This document shows, piece by piece, positions 1-9,502 of a DNA stretch of 64,000 nt. A model generated the notes under the pieces. It saw only the letters and a program-made list of their open reading frames with translations. It was not told the DNA's origin and searched no databases. The stretch is from assembly GCA_051531975.1 (NCBI GenBank), contig JAOPTT010000005.1, positions 320,001 through 384,000 of the forward strand, written 5' to 3'. The DNA is from Spirochaetaceae bacterium. Lineage in GTDB: Bacteria > Spirochaetota > Spirochaetia > DSM-2461. Position numbers and translations under genes: made by a program. Each line of letters starts with the position of its first letter. Within the stretch, counting starts at the first letter, position 1.

Positions 1-142
1 AAAAGATAGGTTAGAGGGAACATTGGCTACATCAACAATGGGAATTATTTCCGGTGTTGATATATTAAGAGTACATGATGTTTTAGAAAATAGACGGGTC
101 GCTTTGGTTACCGATAAAATAGTAAGGATAAATAATGGATAA
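1..142 (+). CDS. folP: dihydropteroate synthase, C-terminal fragment (truncated by window)
   Basis: Frame 2 reads KDRLEGTLATSTMGIISGVDILRVHDVLENRRV..., with the DHPS C-terminal RVHDV motif; TAA at 140-142 overlaps the folB start. Confidence 0.9.
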   Translation, partial: KDRLEGTLATSTMGIISGVDILRVHDVLENRRVALVTDKIVRINNG

Positions 143-500
143 AATAATTTTAAAAAACTTAAAATTTTATGGTTATCACGGGGTATTACCTGAAGAGACT
201 AAGTTAGGTCAGAAATTTATAATTGATATAGAACTTTTTTCAAATCTTAAACCTGCTGGGATATCAGATGATCTAACTAAAAGCACAAGTTATGCTGAAG
301 TTTTTGAATCAGTAAAAAAAATTGTAGAAGGAAAACCTTTAAAATTAATTGAAGCTCTAGCTGAAAAAATTGCAGAAACTATATTAAGTGAATATAATTT
401 AATTAATAGCTTAAAGGTTAAAGTTAAAAAGCCTGAAGCTCCAGTTCCTGGAATATATGACTATTTTGCAGTGGAAATAACAAGAAATAGAGATGAATAA
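135..500 (+). CDS. folB: dihydroneopterin aldolase
   Basis: MDKI.L..L.FYGYHGV..EE..LGQKFIID and LIEALAE.IA motifs; lies between folP and folK. Confidence 0.95.
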   Translation: MDKIILKNLKFYGYHGVLPEETKLGQKFIIDIELFSNLKPAGISDDLTKSTSYAEVFESVKKIVEGKPLKLIEALAEKIAETILSEYNLINSLKVKVKKPEAPVPGIYDYFAVEITRNRDE

Positions 501-948
501 AGTATATTTAAGCCTTGGAAGTAATATAGGAAATAGGATTAAGCATCTTAAAAATGCTATAGACCTAATAAAAAACACTCCAGAAATTTTCAATGTTATA
601 TCATCATGCTTTTACGAGACAGCACCTCAAGGATATACTGATCAGGACTACTTTATTAACTGTGTTATAAGTTTAGAAACCGATATAGAACCAATAAAAC
701 TACTTAAAATATGCCAGGATATAGAAAAAAAACTTAAAAGAGTTAGGTTATTCCGTTGGGGTCCAAGAACTATAGATATTGATATACTTCTATTTGGTAG
801 CTTAAATATGAATTCAAAAATATTAGAAATACCCCATCCAAGAATGTTTGACAGGGCATTTGTTATGGTTCCATTATCTGAACTAGATTCAAAGTTTTTA
901 GAAAACATAAAAAACTTTGAAGATCAGGAAATTAGAAAGATAGTTTAA
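493..948 (+). CDS. folK: 2-amino-4-hydroxy-6-hydroxymethyldihydropteridine diphosphokinase
   Basis: YLSLGSNIG, RWGPRTIDIDIL and PHPRMFDRAFV motifs. Confidence 0.95.
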   Translation: MNKVYLSLGSNIGNRIKHLKNAIDLIKNTPEIFNVISSCFYETAPQGYTDQDYFINCVISLETDIEPIKLLKICQDIEKKLKRVRLFRWGPRTIDIDILLFGSLNMNSKILEIPHPRMFDRAFVMVPLSELDSKFLENIKNFEDQEIRKIV

Positions 949-2627
949 AATACAATTTCATATACAGAATTAGTAGTTAAACCCTCATAATCTATTGCAA
1001 TCTCATCGGAACTACTTATAACTCCAAGGTCTACGTAGATATTAGAAGTTGCAAACATTTGATTATATAATCTGGCAGCGTTTATCTCAGTTAATGATAT
1101 AGGAGTAAACTGGGCGTCTACCCAACCACCATATGGGTACGATTGGCTACGTAACCTATTTGTATCGTTACCATATGAATAATATGCATTGTTATATGCA
1201 GTATCAAAAAAGTTTATTGAATATAGGTAATAAGAGGTATCACCTAGTGTTCCAGCGTTATTAAAATTGTAAGGAAAAGTTCCCTCATTCTCAGAAAGTA
1301 GTATCGCTTTACCAAAATCCTGTAACAGTGTGGTTATTGTATGATCACTATCTGGATAAACCTCATTAAGTGCATCTAAAATACCATCTTCTCCATATGA
1401 GTCTATCTCCATATATTTATTAAACACCTCAAAACCGTAGTTTCGTATTAAGTAAGCGCCCATTGTATAACTTAAACTATAACTCATTAATGAGTTATCC
1501 CACGTAAAACTACTATAGGTATCCCAAAATAGATTAAATGCTGGAATTCTTCCAAATTCAGGGTTAAGGACATAGTCTGTTCCTAAACTATTATATACAA
1601 GGTGGGTATTAGCTAAAATGTCCTCAGCAACCATAGAGAACATCTCTGTGAAAAAGGTACTATAAGTATAATTCTGTTGTAAAATAGCCTTATTGTAATC
1701 ATGAATCATATGTTGGAATTCGTGAATAATTGTTGATATTACAACTGTTTCTTGGTATGAATCAGTAACAAAAGCACCAGCATCTAAACTCTTAAAATAA
1801 CCATAAGCATCAACTACAAATAGAAGTGCCTGATTGGAATTGGCATCATCAGTATAACTATTAGTTGGGTCAAAATATCCATAATAAACTCCATCAGTAC
1901 TAGAGTTTTCATCCTTTTCAATATCAGTTAACAGTATATGAATATCTTCAGTATCAGTTGATAATAGATTTGAATAAGCATGAGTTCCCCATGGCTCACC
2001 AAACAGATTAATCATGTCAGTGTAGATGGTATCAAAATTATTTTCCATATTAGTTATTCCATCAGCATGTATTACAATAGCTCCAGATGCTACATCTACT
2101 GTACTAACCCATATAAAAAGTTCTCCATCAGTTGCACCTGTAATATCTGATCTTGATGTTAATATGAAATTCTCTTCAGTGTAAGAACTTGTATCAAAAT
2201 TCCATACATCAAATAGACATTCATCATTTGTATCATCACCATCAATAAGAGAGTAGGTTTCATAACTTATTGTTGGTACAACAGCTCTAGAATTATTAGT
2301 ACGGTTTGGATCTCTTGAAGGCATATTAGGATCTAATCTAATAGGGTATTCAGGTAATCCTGAAGGTTGTGAAGAATCTTCTGATAAAGATCTAGTTAAA
2401 GTCCGAGTCTCAGAACCATTAATAGTTACTTTTGGTATAGTATCTGTAGAATAAGTTGGATTTGTTAATAAAAGGTAGGCTTGGCTACCACTTCCAGTAG
2501 GTAATAAACTTGAATCTATTACTATTTCAGTATTACTGCCATCATCATCATCGCCACCATTATCACAACTAAAGAAAGTTAATGTTAAAAGCATTATTAT
2601 TATAAGGTATAAATTTTTTTTTATCAT
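945..2627 (-). CDS. lipoprotein zinc metallopeptidase (M30/hyicolysin-like)
   Basis: Lipobox FFSC; GYF upstream of an HEFQH zinc motif and a downstream E in FFTEMFS; acidic low-complexity linker. Confidence 0.7.
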   Translation of the reverse strand: MIKKNLYLIIIMLLTLTFFSCDNGGDDDDGSNTEIVIDSSLLPTGSGSQAYLLLTNPTYSTDTIPKVTINGSETRTLTRSLSEDSSQPSGLPEYPIRLDPNMPSRDPNRTNNSRAVVPTISYETYSLIDGDDTNDECLFDVWNFDTSSYTEENFILTSRSDITGATDGELFIWVSTVDVASGAIVIHADGITNMENNFDTIYTDMINLFGEPWGTHAYSNLLSTDTEDIHILLTDIEKDENSSTDGVYYGYFDPTNSYTDDANSNQALLFVVDAYGYFKSLDAGAFVTDSYQETVVISTIIHEFQHMIHDYNKAILQQNYTYSTFFTEMFSMVAEDILANTHLVYNSLGTDYVLNPEFGRIPAFNLFWDTYSSFTWDNSLMSYSLSYTMGAYLIRNYGFEVFNKYMEIDSYGEDGILDALNEVYPDSDHTITTLLQDFGKAILLSENEGTFPYNFNNAGTLGDTSYYLYSINFFDTAYNNAYYSYGNDTNRLRSQSYPYGGWVDAQFTPISLTEINAARLYNQMFATSNIYVDLGVISSSDEIAIDYEGLTTNSVYEIVF

Positions 2628-2651
2628 ACCTTATAATAATCTGATATTGTC

Positions 2652-3125
2652 TTATGGGTAAAGTGTATTTTTATCAGATAGAGAATTTAATACATCTAAA
2701 TACTTTTTAGACTCATATTTTGCCATAGGTAAATTCATAGAGAGGTAGTTTCCACAATCCTTTGCTGTAGCCCCAGGAATTTCATCATTGTAGTCTGCCA
2801 TAAAATTATGTAACTCTATTAAAAGATCTTTAATTTCTAGTGGTTTAACATCCCCAGCTAAAATAAGATAATTTCCTGTCCGACAACCCATTGGACCAAA
2901 GTAGATTACTCTCTCTTTCCACTCACTGTTATTTCTTAAATAAGTTGCAGCTAAATGCTCAATAGCATGAAGGGCAGGTACATCTAATACAGGTTCTCTA
3001 TTTGGAGCTTTCATTCTTAAGTCAAAAGTTGTTATTATTTCTGTTCCTATTTTATCCTGTCTAGAAACATAAACTCCTGGTTCAAGTAAATTGTGATCTA
3101 TTGTAAAACTTGGTATTTTATCCAT
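2652..3125 (-). CDS. luxS: S-ribosylhomocysteine lyase
   Basis: SFTIDH, FDLR..PN, HAIEH, GPMGCRTG and CGNY motifs. Confidence 0.96.
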   Translation of the reverse strand: MDKIPSFTIDHNLLEPGVYVSRQDKIGTEIITTFDLRMKAPNREPVLDVPALHAIEHLAATYLRNNSEWKERVIYFGPMGCRTGNYLILAGDVKPLEIKDLLIELHNFMADYNDEIPGATAKDCGNYLSMNLPMAKYESKKYLDVLNSLSDKNTLYP

Positions 3126-3129
3126 TATA

Positions 3130-3828
3130 TTATCCTTGTAGTTCTGTTAATATAGCTTCTACTAATTTTCCTGAATTTTTAGCAGCCACTACTAAAAACT
3201 CTTCAAATGACTGCTTAGACTCTTGCCCAGGTACATCTGAAATCGATCTTATTATTAAAAAAGGTACTTTAGACATAAAGCATACTTGTGCAATTGCTGC
3301 TGCTTCCATCTCTGTTGCCTTCATAGGTGGTAATTTAGATTTGATAGTTTCAACTACTTTGGGATCATGAATAAAAGAGTCTCCAGTAATTATTAAACCA
3401 TCTGTTATATGTATATCTTTAATTTTATCTGCTGCTTTTTTTGCAATTTTAATAAGCCCAGCATCAGGGGTGAAACCTGCTGGCATTTTTGGAAGTTGAC
3501 CATAATCGTAACCAAATAGTGTTACATCCACATCGTGGTAACGTACATCGGTTGATATAATAACATCTCCTACATTTAAATCAGTAGAAAGACCTCCTGC
3601 ACTACCAGTATTTATTACAATGTCTGGAGCAAACTGATCAATTAATATAGTTGTTCCAACAGCTGAAGCTACTTTTCCAATGCCACACTGTAGTAGTACA
3701 ACATCCATTTTATCTAATGTTCCATGGTAAAAGATACAGCTACTTTTTGTAATAGTCTCTATATTGGTCATTTTACTCTTAAGACCTTTTACCTCTTGTT
3801 CCATTGCACCAATTATTCCAACTCTCAT
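3130..3828 (-). CDS. mtnN: 5'-methylthioadenosine/S-adenosylhomocysteine nucleosidase
   Basis: IGAMEQEV, GIGKV, INTGSAGG, EMEAAA and IRSISD motifs; adjacent to luxS. Confidence 0.95.
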   Translation of the reverse strand: MRVGIIGAMEQEVKGLKSKMTNIETITKSSCIFYHGTLDKMDVVLLQCGIGKVASAVGTTILIDQFAPDIVINTGSAGGLSTDLNVGDVIISTDVRYHDVDVTLFGYDYGQLPKMPAGFTPDAGLIKIAKKAADKIKDIHITDGLIITGDSFIHDPKVVETIKSKLPPMKATEMEAAAIAQVCFMSKVPFLIIRSISDVPGQESKQSFEEFLVVAAKNSGKLVEAILTELQG

Positions 3829-4391
3829 TAATTTCCCCTTACTTGTTGTAATATAGCAATTTTTTTACCATTTGTTCTATCTGTACCCTTAAGGTAATCG
3901 TTATAATAGTTAATAATTCCACTAAAAAACAGTTCAAGTTCCGGTTCTTCCTGTTCATTGAACCGACCTAATACATAACTGGAAACCGATCCGTGTATTG
4001 GTCTGGATATTCCAAGTGCTAGTCTATGAAAATCCTGTTTTCCAGTTAATGTTGCGATGGATCTTAAACCGTTATGCCCAGCTAAACCACCGCCATTTTT
4101 TAGTTTAAAGCTTCCAAAAGTCGTCTCTAAGTCGTCATGCACTACTAATATCTCATCTGTATTAATTTTAAAAAATTGCATAGCTTTAACAACAGATTCC
4201 CCGGACTTATTCATAAGAGTCCCAGGTAATATATTTATTATTCCATCGGAATCTTTGTAATATAGAGCATTAAACTTAGACGTGGTTTGTTGGTCATTAT
4301 TTAAACTTTTTTGGAATAACCAACCAATATTATGTCTAGTTCTTTCATACTGTTTGCCCTTGTTGCCTAAAAACACAACCATCTTAATCAT
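3828..4391 (-). CDS. pth: aminoacyl-tRNA hydrolase
   Basis: LGN.G..Y..TRHNIG, MNKSG, VVHDDL and GHNGLRS motifs. Confidence 0.93.
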   Translation of the reverse strand: MIKMVVFLGNKGKQYERTRHNIGWLFQKSLNNDQQTTSKFNALYYKDSDGIINILPGTLMNKSGESVVKAMQFFKINTDEILVVHDDLETTFGSFKLKNGGGLAGHNGLRSIATLTGKQDFHRLALGISRPIHGSVSSYVLGRFNEQEEPELELFFSGIINYYNDYLKGTDRTNGKKIAILQQVRGN

Positions 4392-4395
4392 AAAA

Positions 4396-4490
4396 ACTCC
4401 TTGGATGCATAGGCGAGCAGAATTTAGTTTCGACCAGCCTTGGATGCATAGGCTTTGTCAGAATCAGTGATTCTGATATTTCGACCAGCT
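4396..4490. repeat. two tandem copies of a short element (CCTTGGATGCATAGGC...TTTCGACCAG) in the pth leader
   Basis: CCTTGGATGCATAGGC at 4399 and 4438; TTTCGACCAGC at 4428 and 4479; internal palindrome TCAGAATCA-G-TGATTCTGA at 4458-4476. Confidence 0.85.
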
Positions 4491-4558
4491 TTAAATTAAC
4501 TATAGTGTAATTTAAATAAAATGAATATAATGGCATTAACAAAATCAGAGAGGTTTAA

Positions 4559-5812
4559 ATGGAAGATAGAATCCCAACATCGGTACTTAGTATTGTAGAA
4601 GCAAAACAGGAGAAAGGTGAAAAATTAACTACTTTAATCTGTAGAATGACAGGTACCTTTAAACCTTTCACCGATGTAGTCATATTCCCAGGTGAAAGAA
4701 AGTTCCAAGTTAGGGATATAACCCAGATAGAAGGGGATAAACATTCAGTTAAAGTTAAAGGTATTCCATTTAAAAACTGTACTCCATTTGCAATTATAAC
4801 ACCTTTAGATTTAAAAGTCAGATATAACAAAGTTGCATACTTTATTCCCACAAGTTTTCATAACAAAGATTTCTTCCCTGGAGAGTACAGTGTTACCGGT
4901 GGTATATTCACCGGTTATAGAATGTTTAATAAAGAGAAAAGTTCCGCTAAGGTAAAAAAATTAGGAAATTTATATTGTGTAAACCTACCATTTAAATCCC
5001 CACTAGTTCCTGGAGCAATATATACTTTTGAGAATACAAAAGGTTTTAAAGGTGAAATGGTTCTAGTTTATCCTGGGGACATGAGTAAAAAGAGTGAAAG
5101 TATTATTAGTTCTAGAATTGAAAAATTCAGATCCAGACCAGGTGTTAAAGGTATTTATTCCATTATTTTAAGAACCGATAACTATGTAGAACTGCCAGGA
5201 TTCTTAAAAGATGAAGAATTTGATGGTTCTATAAAAATGGGTGCCACTAGAATTATGGAGCGAGAGTATAACGCTGTAAAAAACAAAATAATTAAACAGA
5301 GTAAAGCTTCTGGTGGTGTTCTATTTAATTCAGTTAAAAAGAGTTGTAATGTGACTCCATCCTTTTTTCACGCAGTATTAGATCAAATAGTAGAAGCTGA
5401 TGACGTATATATAGAAGGTGACTATCTTGTAAATAATGGACCAGATAAAGCTACCTATCTATCACCATTAACTAAAGAGAGTTATAAATTAGTTGTAGAC
5501 GCAGGAATAGATGGTATAAGCCGTAGAACAATAAAAGATTATGGAATGATAAACTGTTTTTATGAAATTAAGAGAATGCGTTTAGCTGTAGTTTTAGATG
5601 ACGACTTGTATTACAGTCAGGAAGCTTTTAAATTAGTTCTTGGAACTATCTTTAAAGGTCGAAATATTGGTGAGCCTTTAACTATACAAGATATTAGAGA
5701 TTCATCTGGATTATCAAGACGGTACATAATTGCTCTATTAAATAGATTAGAAGACGACAACATTATACATCGAGAGGAAAATGATGACAGGGTTATTAAA
5801 ACAATTCCTTAA
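4559..5812 (+). CDS. SelB C-terminal (winged-helix) domain protein lacking a GTPase domain
   Basis: C-terminus TIQDIRDSSGLSRRYIIALLNRLE...R resembles the SelB last winged helix; the N-terminus resembles an EF-Tu domain II barrel; no P-loop visible. Confidence 0.6.
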   Translation: MEDRIPTSVLSIVEAKQEKGEKLTTLICRMTGTFKPFTDVVIFPGERKFQVRDITQIEGDKHSVKVKGIPFKNCTPFAIITPLDLKVRYNKVAYFIPTSFHNKDFFPGEYSVTGGIFTGYRMFNKEKSSAKVKKLGNLYCVNLPFKSPLVPGAIYTFENTKGFKGEMVLVYPGDMSKKSESIISSRIEKFRSRPGVKGIYSIILRTDNYVELPGFLKDEEFDGSIKMGATRIMEREYNAVKNKIIKQSKASGGVLFNSVKKSCNVTPSFFHAVLDQIVEADDVYIEGDYLVNNGPDKATYLSPLTKESYKLVVDAGIDGISRRTIKDYGMINCFYEIKRMRLAVVLDDDLYYSQEAFKLVLGTIFKGRNIGEPLTIQDIRDSSGLSRRYIIALLNRLEDDNIIHREENDDRVIKTIP

Positions 5813-6446
5813 ACTTTGTTTATTGGTAGTATGTTCATGTTCAATTTCTGCTCCTGTAATAAGGGGACATAATTGGGAAATTACAGCTGTTAAAGATCTT
5901 AAATTAAATAAAACATATGAATCCCTATCTATATTTGTAAATTGTTACGATGATGATGGGGAAAATGATATTGAAACGATATTTTTTATTGATGATAAAA
6001 GTGGATTGTACTGGCAGATAGATTCCTCAAACTGGGAAGAAAAAATAATTGACGATGTTAGGTGGCTTGGGTATTCAACCATAGTAATGGCTGATCGGTC
6101 AGCGATACATAGAAATCCAATCAGAATATATGTAAGAGATTTAGCTGGTGAGTTTGTAGAAGATAAGCTATATATTACAAAAAGAAAAATGGATACAGAT
6201 GAATTATTATATCCAGAATTAATAACTGAAATAGAAACTGATAATTTATCAGTCAAAAACTATGAAGCAGTAGAAGCTTATCTTTTTATTGGTGGTTTAT
6301 CTGTTGCGACTGGTCAAATTACTACTACCCCAAAGAGTTTCAAAAATATTTTTGGGAAACAGAGAACTTCTTTTGAAAATGATGTTGAGATATTTATCAT
6401 AGCAGATGATGGAGACCTGAAATTAAAGTCAGGTCCCTGGTATTAA
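5781..6446 (+). CDS. hypothetical lipoprotein
   Basis: 221-aa ORF overlapping the upstream stop; hydrophobic signal ending in CSCS. Confidence 0.6.
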   Translation: MMTGLLKQFLKLCLLVVCSCSISAPVIRGHNWEITAVKDLKLNKTYESLSIFVNCYDDDGENDIETIFFIDDKSGLYWQIDSSNWEEKIIDDVRWLGYSTIVMADRSAIHRNPIRIYVRDLAGEFVEDKLYITKRKMDTDELLYPELITEIETDNLSVKNYEAVEAYLFIGGLSVATGQITTTPKSFKNIFGKQRTSFENDVEIFIIADDGDLKLKSGPWY

Positions 6447-7360
6447 CTTCTACTTTGGATAATTGTTTTTATGTAACTTCCAAATCGCTGAAAGATATTT
6501 TTTCCATATATTTCAGAATACTCTTTAGTCGCTTGATCTAGTGGGAAATCTTGACCATATTTACCTTTAAGGTCATCCCAATGTTTTACGATCCAAATAT
6601 AAAGATCAGACTCTGTTCTATGGTTAAATCTAGATATTAGAGCGTCTTCTCTAACGGTTTTGACAACGGGACTATATAGGTTTTCGAACCAAGAAATTGC
6701 AGCTTCTTTAAGAGTTAATTCCTCTTTCATTCCCTGATTCATAAAATATTTATGACCTAAAATATGATTTAACATCTCCATGTATCGACCAGGTGCAGTA
6801 AAATATATTTCAGACATATCTATGTAGGTCCCTATCTCTGTTTGAGATAACAGATGCTCCCTTTCATACTCTATTACTTTTGTTTCAAGTTCAGTTCTGG
6901 ACATTCCCTTAGTTACAGGGATTTCAGCGTTTAACTCTACAACTTCTGCATCGATAGCATATACTTTTTGCATTTTAGCAACAGAAACCCTATGGTTACC
7001 ATCTCTTACAAAGTATATCTCTCCTATTTTATATAGTTTGATTGGAGGAAGTATAACATCAGAAATATGTGCCTTATCTATACTTACCCACCTATTTCTT
7101 AAATGCTCTTTTCTAGGCAAAAATGCTTTGTTAAAGTCCCTATATCTTCCCTCTGATCCAACAATATCTTTAATTGCTACAACCTTCATTCCCTTATATG
7201 ATTCATTTTTAGGTTTTACTAAACTTTTAATATCGTATAAAGAGAGCAGTTGCTGTTTTTCTGGAGAGAGAATATTCAACATGGAAAGCATTTTTTCTCT
7301 TAATCTTGCTTTTCCAAAATCATCTGTAGCTTGTTCGTTTATCAACGTATGATTTGTCAT
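6443..7360 (-). CDS. ParB/Srx-like domain protein (DUF4032-like C-terminus)
   Basis: IVGSEGRY.DF...F.P, LPPI.LYK.G..YFVRDGNHRVSVA motif; C-terminal ESDLYIWIVKH. Confidence 0.7.
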   Translation of the reverse strand: MTNHTLINEQATDDFGKARLREKMLSMLNILSPEKQQLLSLYDIKSLVKPKNESYKGMKVVAIKDIVGSEGRYRDFNKAFLPRKEHLRNRWVSIDKAHISDVILPPIKLYKIGEIYFVRDGNHRVSVAKMQKVYAIDAEVVELNAEIPVTKGMSRTELETKVIEYEREHLLSQTEIGTYIDMSEIYFTAPGRYMEMLNHILGHKYFMNQGMKEELTLKEAAISWFENLYSPVVKTVREDALISRFNHRTESDLYIWIVKHWDDLKGKYGQDFPLDQATKEYSEIYGKNIFQRFGSYIKTIIQSRS

Positions 7361-8034
7361 TATTTAAAATCCTCCCTGCTAAAATCTAATACGTAGTGGT
7401 CGTAAACATTAATAACCCTAGTATTAAAATAATCTGTAACTTTTTTTTCATTTGCATTATATAGATGAATGTGCCCATGGAGAAGGTATCTAGGTGAGAA
7501 TTTTCTCATAAACCATTTAAAAGATTCAAAACCTACGTGACAAGGGTCCTCTTTGTCATGTATTCCCCTTGGAGCTGCATGTGTCAACAAAATATCTAAG
7601 TATCTACCATAAAATATTTTGTTAAATAAAAGCTTTGGTAATAACTTTATCATATTAAAATACATTTCAAATTCTGTATGTTGATTATCAGCTTTGTTGT
7701 ATTTTTTACATCCACCAAGACCCATAACAATAAGGTCATGTTTTCTATTTCTCTTAACATCAAACCCTACATAAATAGATCCAAAAGTTTTTGACTCCTG
7801 GGCTTGAGTTAATAAATTACTTTGATATTTTTTATTAAACTGACCTATATGTTTTAAGTTATGGTTACCAAATACAAAATAAAGTGGTTTGTTAAGGCAA
7901 CTTACTATAAAACCTAAATAGTCCATTGGTAGATCTCCAGCACTTAAAACAACATCCACATCTTTGAATCGTTCCTTAATTGCATTTGAATAAACCCTTG
8001 GATCCACATGATCAGCAATACATAATATTTTCAT
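7360..8034 (-). CDS. metallophosphoesterase (calcineurin-like)
   Basis: IADH, AGD, GNH, THAAP and HGHIH metal-binding motifs. Confidence 0.9.
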   Translation of the reverse strand: MKILCIADHVDPRVYSNAIKERFKDVDVVLSAGDLPMDYLGFIVSCLNKPLYFVFGNHNLKHIGQFNKKYQSNLLTQAQESKTFGSIYVGFDVKRNRKHDLIVMGLGGCKKYNKADNQHTEFEMYFNMIKLLPKLLFNKIFYGRYLDILLTHAAPRGIHDKEDPCHVGFESFKWFMRKFSPRYLLHGHIHLYNANEKKVTDYFNTRVINVYDHYVLDFSREDFK

Positions 8035-8042
8035 GGTTTAAC

Positions 8043-9410
8043 CTACATATTACTTAATATTTTAACTAACTTACCTTTACCAATTAATTCTAAAGGTCTC
8101 GATTCTGCATGTTTTTTAGCATCACTTGTAATTTCAGAACTAGATATAAGAATACTTTTCATAATTCCTAAATTTTTCATTTCATCTAATATACTTCTAA
8201 CACTAGTCTCCGAAACCGGAGAACTTTCTCTTAATATTCTGATTAGATAGGGCAATTTCTTTGCAGCTTTCCAGTCTTTTTTTCCACTCTCTAAGCCAAT
8301 TATTTGCATACCATCTTTAATATCTTTTAAATCCTGAGTTGTATAATTTATCTCGTTACAAATTGCTTTGCATATTTCACTAAATTCTTCATTTGTAGAA
8401 GTTAAATAGTCTTTCATTTTATCGTTTTCCTGGAGCTCTTTATACTGGGAAAGCTTTTCGGCAACATCTTTGAAATTCTTCTTTTTATTATTTATATATT
8501 GCCAATGTTCAATAGCTTTATCAAGATCTCTTTCAATTTCAAAAGCCATTGCTAAAAAGTAGTGGGTATATAATAGTTGCTGCTCAGTAACTTTAATTTC
8601 AGGGTCTTTACTAACTAAAGTTAAAGCCTTTTCTAACTCAGCTATAGCAGTTCCATATTTTTTAAGAGCTATATAACATATCCCTCTTTCAATAAGAGCT
8701 TTGAGTTTAATAGATTTTTCTCTTAAAGATTTTTCAAAAGCAATAATTGCACCTTCGTAATCTTTGGCTTCTTTTGCAATTTTACCTAGATAAAAATATG
8801 TTGTGAAGTTGGAATCATCATACTTTAAAGAGGAGTCTAAAAATGTTTTAGCATCTTTAAATCGTTTAGTATTAAACATTATCATACCTAAATGCATAAA
8901 TGCACCAGAATGTCTCTGATTTAATTCTATAGTTTTTTTGTAATAATTTATAGCTTTATTAGCTTTTTGCCTATCTTCGAATAGTAGCCCAACATTATAA
9001 TAATTTTCACCTTCGTATGGCTCTAATTTAATTAACAGAAGATAATCTTTTAAAGCTTCATCCGGTTGGTTGAACTGAAGAAACAGTTTTGATGAAAGTT
9101 GCCTAAATTCTCTTTCTGGGCAAGCAGCAGAAAATTCACCAATTTTATTGATTGATTTTATCTCCATAAATGCTAACTCTGGTTTATTTTCTAACATAAA
9201 AGCCTTAGCTAACAAAAAATGAGCGTCAACATTTTGTGGATCTTTTGCTAAAATTTTCTTTAAAATATCAATGGCAACTGAGGCCTTCCCTTGCTTAACA
9301 AGGGCTTGAACAGTTCCAATATTTTGATTAGTTGCTCTTTTTACAATTAGAAAAATTAATAATGCAAAAATAACAGTTATTGCTAAAGATAAAATTATTA
9401 TAGTAGTCAT
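8043..9410 (-). CDS. membrane-anchored TPR protein with C-terminal Mrr-like restriction-endonuclease-fold domain
   Basis: N-terminal TM helix; multiple TPRs; C-terminal pattern V....VR.......ILISSS..T.DA...A....LELI.G..L typical of Mrr_cat. Confidence 0.7.
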   Translation of the reverse strand: MTTIIILSLAITVIFALLIFLIVKRATNQNIGTVQALVKQGKASVAIDILKKILAKDPQNVDAHFLLAKAFMLENKPELAFMEIKSINKIGEFSAACPEREFRQLSSKLFLQFNQPDEALKDYLLLIKLEPYEGENYYNVGLLFEDRQKANKAINYYKKTIELNQRHSGAFMHLGMIMFNTKRFKDAKTFLDSSLKYDDSNFTTYFYLGKIAKEAKDYEGAIIAFEKSLREKSIKLKALIERGICYIALKKYGTAIAELEKALTLVSKDPEIKVTEQQLLYTHYFLAMAFEIERDLDKAIEHWQYINNKKKNFKDVAEKLSQYKELQENDKMKDYLTSTNEEFSEICKAICNEINYTTQDLKDIKDGMQIIGLESGKKDWKAAKKLPYLIRILRESSPVSETSVRSILDEMKNLGIMKSILISSSEITSDAKKHAESRPLELIGKGKLVKILSNM

Positions 9411-9502
9411 GCGCCCTCTAAAATGTGTAGAATATATAAGTAATTTACTATTACCAGATTAATAGTTTTATTAATAACTGTCAAATCATAAGGTTTTTTA
9501 TT

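Noticed and set aside
4282..4470. 62-aa + strand ORF with a repeated PWMHR peptide
   Set aside because: Mostly antisense to pth; the peptide repeat is only a by-product of the DNA repeat; no RBS.
4396..4490. Mini CRISPR array (repeat-spacer-repeat pattern)
   Set aside because: Only one full 26-nt repeat plus two halves; spacers are short and unequal (13 and 25 nt); no cas genes in the window.
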